Source: the human T2T-CHM13v2.0 reference genome, Homo sapiens. Taken from it: a DNA stretch of 64,000 nucleotides. A program made the position numbers and the translations under genes. The stretch lies in NCBI RefSeq assembly GCF_009914755.1, contig NC_060927.1; one strand, given 5' to 3'. The notes beneath the pieces were generated by a model. It was given only the letters and a program-made list of their open reading frames with translations, had not been told where the DNA came from and made no database searches. The stretch's first letter is position 1, and each line of letters begins with the position of its first letter. Positions 55,297 through 64,000 of this stretch are shown one piece after another.

Positions 55297-56308
55297 GTAT
55301 GCAAACATTTAAAAGCACAGGCTTAACAAAATGGTTAAGTTGGACCTAAATATGAACTCTGACAGAACATGTTCACATATTCACATTTGAGGCTCACTTT
55401 GAGATATACAGAGAAACTCAAGGGAATGAGTAAAGTCTTTCATAGATCAAAAATTTGTTTAAAGGAAGCAAGCACTAAAATCTGAAAGGCAGCGCGACAT
55501 TATGGGAAATAAGAACCTTCTGGTCACCGTGTTTCTTCAGAAGAGCTTTATAAATAGGAAAACTGTTAAAACTTTTATTTTTCCTGATTCTTAGGGTAAG
55601 AATTTATTTTTTCTATTGTGGAAAGGTTAAAAAATTCAAAATAAGAATTTCTCATGACCTGTAATCCCTTTGTCACAATCTCTCAACATTTCCTCCTGGG
55701 GCCAGCATCTGATGTCAAGGCCTGGCTGGTTCTGGGTGCAGGCATCACTTGCTGGGGATAACTTCAGACTCAAATAGACTTTAGTTCCCAGGTGTGTGAC
55801 CTTGGGCAAATGGCTTTACCTCTCTGAACAGCAGTCTTTTTATCTAAGAATAGAGGGATTTCATATCTGTAAAATCAGTAGTTATATTGTAAGAATTAAA
55901 TTAAATAATGTCTGTGAAGCATAGTGTTAAACATGTAGTAACCACTCAATAATTCTAGCCCTGACCACTTACTATTATCATCATAAGACAGCCTTTTGTC
56001 ATTGTAAACTCTTAATAAATACCACTTTTTAAAGGCTGTAAAACGTCCTCTTGTATGAGTGTTCTGTGACAAAACATTCCCTCCTAAGGTGACACATCTA
56101 AGTTATCTTTAGTTTTTCAGTTTTATAAATGAGAATGCCATCTTAGTGCTTAAATATCTGTTTTACTTTGGACCATTTCCTTAAGTGCAGCTTCTTTGAG
56201 GTAGAATTAAAAAGTGAAGAGATAGAACCTTCTAGAAAGATGGTACCAAGATTGCACTAGCAATGAGAGAGAGAGACTTTTCTGATTTTCAAACTTTATA
56301 TTTTCTAG

Positions 56309-56397
56309 AAGCATCAGATGGTGAAGGAGAAGGAGACACAGAAGTGATGCAGCAGGAGACAGTTCCAGTTCCTGTACCTTCAGAGAAAACCAAACAG
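56309..56397 (+). CDS. CMSS1: CMSS1 (Cms1 ribosomal small subunit homolog, C3orf26) exon 2, 89 nt, phase 1 in / phase 0 out
   Basis: Acceptor TTTATATTTTCTAG (AG 56307-08) and donor CAG|GTGAGG (GT 56398-99). Translates (G)AA GCA TCA GAT... = EASDGEGEGDTEVMQQETVPVPVPSEKTKQ, matching residues ~22-51 of human CMSS1 as I recall it ([28 protein letters not shown]...). Confidence 0.95.
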
Positions 56398-56593
56398 GTG
56401 AGGGGTCACTGTGGGAGAGCCACCACTGTTAAATTCTGAAATCAGCCTTTTCCTCCTCTCTATTGAACTCCCCATGTCCTAATATCGGTTGTTGGTGGGA
56501 TTTAAGAGAGCCTTTTACTTTCTTTCCCTTTGAAAAGGCCATGGGCCATGCTTCCTTCATTGTAAACCAGCAAGTTCTGTTTTTTGCCCTAAT

Positions 56594-56908
56594 TCTTTTT
56601 CTTTTTTTTTTTTTTTTTTTTTTTGAGACAGGATCTTGCTTTATCACCCAGGCTGTAGTACAGTGGCACAATCATGGCTCACTGCAACCTTGACCTTCTG
56701 GGCTCAAGCAATCCTCTTACCTCAGCCTCCCAAGTAGCTGGGATACCACAGGCATGCACCACCACACCCAGCTAATTTTTTTATGTTTTGTAGAGATGAG
56801 GTTTCTCTGTGTTGCCCAGGCTGGTCTCAAACTCCTGAGCTCAAGCAATCTACCCACCTTGGCCTCCCAAAGTGCTGGGATTACAGGTGTGAGCCACTGC
56901 TCCTGGTT
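56594..56908 (-). mobile_element. AluJ, antisense, about 200 nt downstream of CMSS1 exon 2
   Basis: Long poly-T, CACAATCATGGCTCACTGCAACCTTGACC, GGCTCAAGCAATCC; TSD CCTAAT. Confidence 0.92.
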
Positions 56909-57319
56909 CCTAATGTTTTTTAACTATATAAATGCATTTCACAATAATATCTTAGATTCTTACATCACATTTTTGCCAAAAATCCAGCCTTATGCTTTTG
57001 GGTACAACTCCTAAAAGGAGATAAATAGTATAAAGATAGAGAAGGTTATCACACACTAGAGTGCATGATTACAGCACCAGGCCATGCTGCCAGCAGGCTC
57101 CTGGGACCTTATTTCTGCCCAGAATTATGGTCTGTCATATGCATTCTTAACAGGTGATTCGTGGTCTTTGCCATTACCAGAATTGGCCATTTGGATAATC
57201 TTTTTTCCTAAACTTGTGACCTTTTATTGCCTTTTTAATCTTCCTACTGACTTTAGAAATGCCACTCACATCCATTTGTAGCTTTTTCTCATTGGGTTTC
57301 CATCAAACCTGATTGGTAT

Positions 57320-57394
57320 TTAGTTTGATGCAAAAGTAATTGTGGTTTTTGCCATTCCTTTTAATTTTAAAAAATTACTTTTGCACCAACCTAA
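57320..57394. mobile_element. MADE1 (Hsmar1-derived MITE)
   Basis: TTAGTTTGATGCAAAAGTAATTGTGGTTTTTGCCATT...AATTACTTTTGCACCAACCTAA|TA. Confidence 0.9.
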
Positions 57395-57409
57395 TAAATC
57401 TATGTGATT

Positions 57410-57714
57410 TGGGGTTTTGTTTGTTTGTTTTTGAGATAGGGTCTTGCTCTGTTGCCCAGGCTAGAGGACAGTGGCACAATCATGGCTTACTGCAGGCTCA
57501 ACCTCCCAAATTCAAGTGATCCTCCCACCTCAGTCTCCTGAGCAGCTGGGACTATCGATGTGCACCACCACACCGGCTAATTTCTTTATCTTTTTGTAGA
57601 GATGAGATCTCACTATGTTAGCCAGGCTGGTCTCGAACTTCTGGGCTCAAGTGATCCTCTTTCCCTTGGCCTCCCAAAGTGCTGGGATTACAGGCATGAG
57701 CCGCAGTGCCTGGC
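57410..57714 (-). mobile_element. AluJ, antisense
   Basis: (TTTG)n tail, GAGATAGGGTCTTGCTCTGTTGCCCAGG...GGCTCAAGTGATCCTC. Confidence 0.9.
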
Positions 57715-60574
57715 TTATGTGTGATCTTTTAAAGGACTGTCTATTACCAATCCAAAGTTACTATATTTTTCATTGCAACAATTTGGGGTCTTATTCTTAT
57801 TGTAGGTGCTTTAAACTCATTACACCAGAGTGTTATTCTACCCAAAGTTTGTGACCCAGCTCAGGATAACTGTGAGAAGCAATTTAGTGTAGTGTTGCTT
57901 AACTTGCCCACCGAAGTGGACAAGTTAAATTTCCCTGTGACTCAGTCACCTTCTTGGTAAATGATAACAATTATTTCTTCCTCACAGAGTTGTAATGATG
58001 ATTAAATAAGACTGTGCTTGATAAGCACTTCAAACAGTGGTTATCAGAGAGTAATCACTGAAGTGTTAATTATTATATAGTTAATAATTATATTATAATC
58101 TTTTTTATTTTGTCCATTATTTTTTCTTCCTGGGAAGGGACATGCAGAAAGGTATACATGTTTAATATATAATCATCTTGGTTTTTTTTCTCCAACCATT
58201 AAATATTTTGCTCAAAGGCCCTATACTAGTTTTAGTTTCAATCATTCTTCTGGAAACCTACAGGGTAACACATCCGTAGCTCTTCAATTTATTTCCTCAA
58301 GGTGGGGTTTAATTTTTCCCTAGCTTATCCCACTAATCATACCATAGTCATGCCCTCTCTGACTTTTGCCTCTAATCAATGTCTACCTACAGGACTTACT
58401 TGCACGTAGTCTTCTTCATACTCCATTGGCTTTCGTTTTTTTCTTGCTTTCCCCTTGATTTTCTTCTTGTTTGTTCCTTGCTCTTTCTGGACTCATTGGT
58501 AAAACAATAAAGACCTTTTATTGAGCAGTTAATACTGTTACTGTATAAGGCACACTGTAACATAATCCTCACGGCATCCCTAGGAGGTAGGTGGTACCCA
58601 CTTTACAAAGAACCAGAGGCTCAGAGAGATGGGTTCTGGGGGTCATGGCCCATCTGCTTGGCTGTGAGCCAGACTCCAAGGATACTGTTGCTTTCACTTT
58701 CCTTTTTACCTGTCCTCTCTCTTTCAGCTCAGGAAAATTGGATTAACCGTGTTCTCATGTGTTTTGTTGGTCACATGCCATTGCTATTTTCTGCCAAGCA
58801 AAAAAATAATTACAAAACCTTAAGCTGTTACTGCCCCCTTTTAATCACTTTTCTCTTGCTTTAATTTCTTTCACCACCAAATTGCTTTGAAGAGTCCAAG
58901 TCCTAACCCCTTTCTCCAACCCTATCCTAATTTCCCTGGCCAGAGAAATATCATTTTTTTCTGAATTGACATGAGAATCTGCATGTGCTCCTCTGCCTCA
59001 TATGAGTGTTGCCCATCTTGGTCCCTGCTTATCCCCAGGAGACTCACCTCGAGGACAGATTTTATCTGTGCGTCTCCACAGCGCCTGACATGGAACCTTG
59101 CCCTTAATTGGCACTCATTATTTGTGAAATGAAGGAATGAATGACCATACCGGTATCCCAGTTTTCTCATGACTCTTCCCATCTCAGCCCTTTGTCCCAG
59201 CTTGTGAGCTGTCCCCTCCCTGACACAGCTGCCTGCAGAGGTCTCTTGGGGCCTTGTGATGCCCTATCCCTCCTCCAACCACATCCCTGATTTCCCAACA
59301 CAATTCCCTCCTTGAAAGGCTCCTCCACCTTGACATTCAGGGCTGGGGTCTGTCCTCTCCATCCCTGCCTGCCCACACAGTCCCTCCAACTCCCCTGTGG
59401 CCTCCTTCATCCTCTCTCTCCCACTGCTCTTCTCCCTCTGGAACTCATCCCACCACCCCAAGGATGACTTACTTGTCAGGCATACTGTCTGTCCTTTCAG
59501 GAGTCCTTCTCTAATTGTTTACACGCATAGAACTTGAGTCTCCAGCTGGTTCGTAAGTCCCTTGGGGCCAGGGTTTCTTTTGTGTCCACTATAGTACCTA
59601 ACACAGTTTGGGGCTCTTATTTGGCAGATATGACCAGATGTATGTTTTCTAAATATAACTGCATTTTTTCTGGATCAATTTTTTAAAAATGTTATGCTAT
59701 ATTTAAATTTTAGATTTGTTTCAACTTTGCTTAAGACTGTACTATTCCTTCAGTTTTTCTTTATGCTTGTACAGGAACTACTTGGCATGATGCTGTCAGC
59801 TGTAATATACATTTAGGCTTTAATATCACCAGGCAAGAGCATCTGTCAAGATAGATGATGTTCCCTCCTTTGCCATAGCTGGGCCTCACATTTCTGTCGC
59901 TGAATACATGCCTCTAGTTTGTTCAGTATTTTAAGCAGCAGATTTATAACTTTAAAGTTTTTAAATCCATGCAACTACCTCATCTCTAGCAACCATTTCA
60001 CATCTAAATAATCATCCTTGGCCTGCTTAATAATGTGAGTATAAAGATTTGCCAATAGTTCTTTTTCCCCCAGTAATCACTTCCAAAATAAATGATGAAT
60101 TCCCTACTCCTAGAGATTGCATCACCCTCTTCCCTCTTCAGCATCAGTCATTTCAGAGCCAGCCCTAGTGACTTTGTAATTATGGTTCCCAGAATATAAA
60201 CCCTTATGAAGGATTTTTTGACTTTTCCTTGATGCTTCCATGATGTCAGTAACATTTCAGTGGTTCCATGACCCATCTTCTCCTGCTCAGAGACCACAGT
60301 GGACTTCTTTTTTCTTCTGCTGGCCTTTGTTTATCTCCTTTAATCATAAAGGAATCTTCAGCAGGAGTGTTTCTCCCTTTCCCTTCTTGCTCTCCTTTCT
60401 CTACTGTTGTATTTTCTTGCTACTACTTTATTTGACCATTGGTCATTTCATATTTCTTCCACTCTTCATCTCCAAGATTATGCTTATCTATTGTTGAAAG
60501 AAAACAGAGCTGTGTCCTATTCATTCTCTGATTCACCTTTTTCCTTTTCATTATGGTTTCTCAGTTCTGTTCTG

Positions 60575-62240
60575 TGTATTAATCTATTGTTTCATTGACA
60601 AATTGCCCAAAAGTTAGCAGCTTAAAATAAAACAAAAACATTTATTATGTCAGTTTCTGTTATCTCACAGACATGGCTTAACTCAGTGCCTCTGGCTCTG
60701 CTTCTCTTGTCAGGTACCAGCCAAGTTGTGGGCTGGGGTTGGAGGCTTAGCTGGGGAGAGTTTACCTTGCAGCTCACTGGTGTGGATGCCGGCACGTCTC
60801 AATCTCTCACTATTTGAGCCTCTCCACAGGGTTGCCTCACAGCGTTGCAGTTGCCTTTCCCCAGGCCGAGTGATCCAAGAGGGAACCAGCAAAAGCACCC
60901 AAGACAGAAACCACAATCTTTTTATAGTTTATTCTCAGAGTTGACACCTCGTCACTTCTGCCATATTAAGCGAGTTAGTAAATCCAGTCCACATTCATGG
61001 GGAAGAGATTACAAAGGAATATGAGTACCGGGAGATCGAGATCATGAGGAGCTATCCTGGAATCTGGCTACCACACTCTTCCTCTGGCCCCCCAGTGACT
61101 TATATCCCTTCAATGTGCAGAATATACTCACCCCTCCAAGGATTGCAAAGTCTCATCCCATTGCAGTGTGAGCTCAATATCCAAAATCTTGTCATCTAAA
61201 TCAGGTCCAGGTGCAGTTGGGGCTCCTCAGTTTTAATTCCTTAAGTACAGCTCTTTGAGTACATTTCTTCTTCTTAACCTGTGAAACTAAAGAGACAAGT
61301 TACCTCTCCCACATGCTCAACACACAGTGGTGGGACAAGTGTAGTATAACCTTTATTGACATTTCTATTCAAAAGAAGGCAAATAGGAGGCACATGGAGT
61401 CATTGGTACACAGCATTCTGAAGGCCATCCAAGCAAATATCAGGAGTTTATTTATTAAGTCTCGAGGCCTAAGAGTAATTCTCCATGGTTCTTGGCTCTG
61501 CCCTTGGGGCTTTGTTTTGTCCTCCAATTATCCTTCTTCTTTTTTTTTTTTTTCTATTAAAAGCAGAATGGGTTTGCAACTGAACAGCTAATGCAGCCTG
61601 CTTCTTGACAGAATTCTCCGTGTCCAAAGGCCTCTGTTCTCATTGTTCTCTGACTCTCTCAGCCCAAACTAGTGGTATTTCTGCATATATACCTCCTTTA
61701 AAAACTGTGGGTGTCACCTGTGATGCTTCTGGGGGTTCACTCCATTAGGCAGAAGTCACACCCCTAATCTCTTCTCTACCTTGGGCCCTTGCTGAGAGAA
61801 TATGAGGCAATATTCCTTAAGCTTCCTAGAGGCAGCTTGTTTAAAAAAATCTGTGAGCACACCCTTAATTTATTTAAAGCGCTCCTATGTGACTGAATCG
61901 TATTCTGAGGCACCATCTTTGTTTCTTCTGAGGTCTTCACGAATGGTTTTAAGTCACACCCTTGATTTCATCTTTAATCTTCCTTCTCTCAATTCAACGC
62001 CTTCCTGTAAGACCCAAGAAGAAATCAGGTGTCACCTTCAACACTATTTGAAAATCTCCTTAGCTAGATTACCCTTGCCAATAGACACATTTTCCATATA
62101 ATTTCAGAAAACTGTATTGCTAAACTTTCTACCACTGCATAACAAAGAGCCCCTTTCCTTTAGTTTCCAATAAGATTTTTCTTTCTTCAAGCCCTCACCT
62201 TCCATGTCTTCAAAGTCCAAAATTTCATAGTGTTGTTCAA
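60575..62240 (-). mobile_element. MLT1 (ERVL-MaLR) LTR (~60575-61075) plus adjacent internal sequence
   Basis: TTAGCAGCTTAAAATAAAAC...ATTTATTAT...CACTTCTGCCATATT...CTGGCTACCACA, then MLT-int-like sequence (GTGAAACTAAAGAGACAAGTTACCT...). Confidence 0.7.
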
Positions 62241-62734
62241 GCGCATTCTTCATCAATCACTTTACTTTTGACACATTTCAGAGTAGTTTGCAAAATCAGT
62301 ACACTCACTCCAGATACTTCAGCATGCATATCACTGACTAATGTTTAATATTTATCTTAAAGTATGTATATTTTCTTTTGAGGTAAAGTTAATATACAAT
62401 AAATGTACAAATGTCAAATATACCATTCAATGAATTTTGACAAATAAATACAACTATGTAATTCAAAGCCCAGTCTGGATTGAAAAAACAGGATCATCAC
62501 CCCCAGAATCCTTTCATGCCACCTGGGTCAATCACGATGCTAAATTCCTTGCCTCAGAGGCAACAACTGTTCCGATATTTTTTCTAAAAAATTAATTTTG
62601 CCTATTCTAAAATGGCATATAAATGGAATCATACAGTTACATGCTGTTTTGTTTAAGGCTTCTTTCATTCGACACAGTATTATTTAGATTCCTCCATGTC
62701 AGTGTATAGTATTTCACTTCTTTTTATCGCTGAG

Positions 62735-63098
62735 CACATTAAGTCTGCTAGGGCTGCCATAACAAAATGCCATAGACAGGGTGGCTGAAACAACAGTTCT
62801 AAAAGCTAGAAGTCTGCGATCAAGATGTCTACAGGTGTGGTTTCTCCTGAGGCCTCTCCCCTTCACTTGCAGATGGCCTTCTCACTATGTCTTCACATGG
62901 TCTTTTCTCTGTCTGTGCATATCCCTGGTGTCTCTTCTTCTTATAAAGACACCAGTCACATTGAATTGAGGCTCCACCCTTATGACACCTCATTTAACCT
63001 TAGTTGCCTCTTTAAAGGCCCTATCTCCAAATATAGTGGCATTGGGGGTTAGGGTTTTAACATATGACTTTCAAGGCAATACAATTCAGTTTAGAACA
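62735..63098 (-). mobile_element. MLT1A-type solo LTR
   Basis: GCTAGGGCTGCCATAACAAAATGCCATAGAC...GGCCCTATCTCCAAATATAGT...ACA; 5-bp TSD CTGAG at 62730-34 and 63099-103. Confidence 0.88.
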
Positions 63099-63172
63099 CT
63101 GAGTAGTATTCAGTTATACAAATGTACCATTTTGTTTATCCATTCCTCTATTGATGGACACCTGAGGCTATT

Positions 63173-63174
<2 letters not shown>

Positions 63175-63204
<30 letters not shown>

Positions 63205-63484
63205 AAGATGGAGTCTTGCTCTGTCGCCCAGGCTGGAGTGCAATGACGCGATCTCAGCTCACTGCAACCTCTGCCTCCTGAATTCAAGCAATTCTCCCAC
63301 CTCAGCCACCTGAGTAGCTGGGATTACAGGCATCTGCCATCATGCCTGGCCAATTTTTGTATTTTTGTAGAGACGGGGTTTCACCTTGTTGGCGAGGCTG
63401 ATCTTGAACTCCTGACCTCAAGTGATCCGTCCACCTGGGCCTCCCAAAGTGCTGGGATTACAGGTGTGAGCCACCCCAGCCTGG
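63175..63484 (-). mobile_element. AluS, antisense
   Basis: Poly-T, GATGGAGTCTTGCTCTGTCGCCCAGG, CTCCTGACCTCAAGTGATCC; TSD approximately CTATTTCTT. Confidence 0.92.
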
Positions 63485-64000
63485 GACTATTTCTTGTTTG
63501 GCACTATTGTGAATAAATCCACCATGAATATTCACATACAAGTTTCTTGGGGAATGGTTTTTAAGCTTTTTTATTTTTTTTACATTTTTAATTGACACAT
63601 AATAATTCTACGTATTTATGGGGTACATAGTGATGTTTGTATAGTGTTCACATCAGAGCAGAACATGTATTTTTATTTTTGTTTAGTAAATACATGACAA
63701 TTGCTGAGTCATCTTCAATTTCATAAAAAAAAACTGTCAGATCTTTTTCCTATATAATGTATCATTTTGCACCCCCACTATCAGTGTGTGAGAGTTTTGG
63801 TTGCTGTACATCCTTGTCAACATTTGGAGTTATTGGCCTTTTAATGTTTGACATTTTGGTGAGTGTGTATTGAATAACTTTGACCATGTCCAAAAGAAAC
63901 TAAAAGCCACTTCTAAGTTGTTTTTATCTTTATAATGAACATGCTTGTTTTGTTGTAAAATGGCAATTTAAATTTTTTTATTTTTACCAACCTAATAATC

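Larger units (their letters stand above)
62370..63880 (-). mobile_element. Old L1 (L1MB/ME) 3' region interrupted by MLT1A and an Alu
   Basis: CATATAAATGGAATCATACAG...; resumes TTTGTTTATCCATTCCTCTATTGATGGACAC and CACATACAAGTTT...CCTTGTCAACATTTGG. Confidence 0.7.

Noticed and set aside
58688-58735. Strong polypyrimidine tract plus CAG on the + strand
   Set aside because: No matching donor or CMSS1 coding sequence; such pseudo-acceptors are common in introns.
59750-59800. Acceptor-like TTTTCTTTATGCTTGTACAG as possible CMSS1 exon 3
   Set aside because: The downstream sequence does not encode the expected continuation PKECFLIQ; exon 3 lies beyond this window.

Overview
Human (primate) genomic DNA, which I recognise from memory as the CMSS1/FILIP1L locus (chr3q12.1). 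It is almost entirely intronic. There are three exons: (1) the non-coding first exon of FILIP1L on the - strand (about 23840 down to 23381, donor CACG|GTAAGC); (2) a short alternative first exon of CMSS1 on the + strand ending ATG CAT GGT G|GTATGT (24317-24326, 'MHG'); and (3) CMSS1 exon 2 (56309-56397, EASDGEGEGDTEVMQQETVPVPVPSEKTKQ). The first two face away from each other across a CpG-poor divergent promoter of about 0.5 kb. The rest is interspersed repeats (13 Alus or Alu fragments, young and old L1s, MIR/L2, MER1B/MER2/MER33/MER58/MADE1 DNA transposons, MLT LTRs), microsatellites and a few motif-dense candidate enhancers. Most ORFs in the supplied track are repeat-derived or random. I found no novel multi-gene system. 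The best leads are the divergent promoter that lets CMSS1 bypass the nested antisense FILIP1L gene while swapping its N-terminus, and a 92-codon uORF that runs to the FILIP1L exon-1 donor and whose fate depends on which of three donors is used. Gene identities and repeat subfamilies come from recall of reference and consensus sequences, not from a database search.
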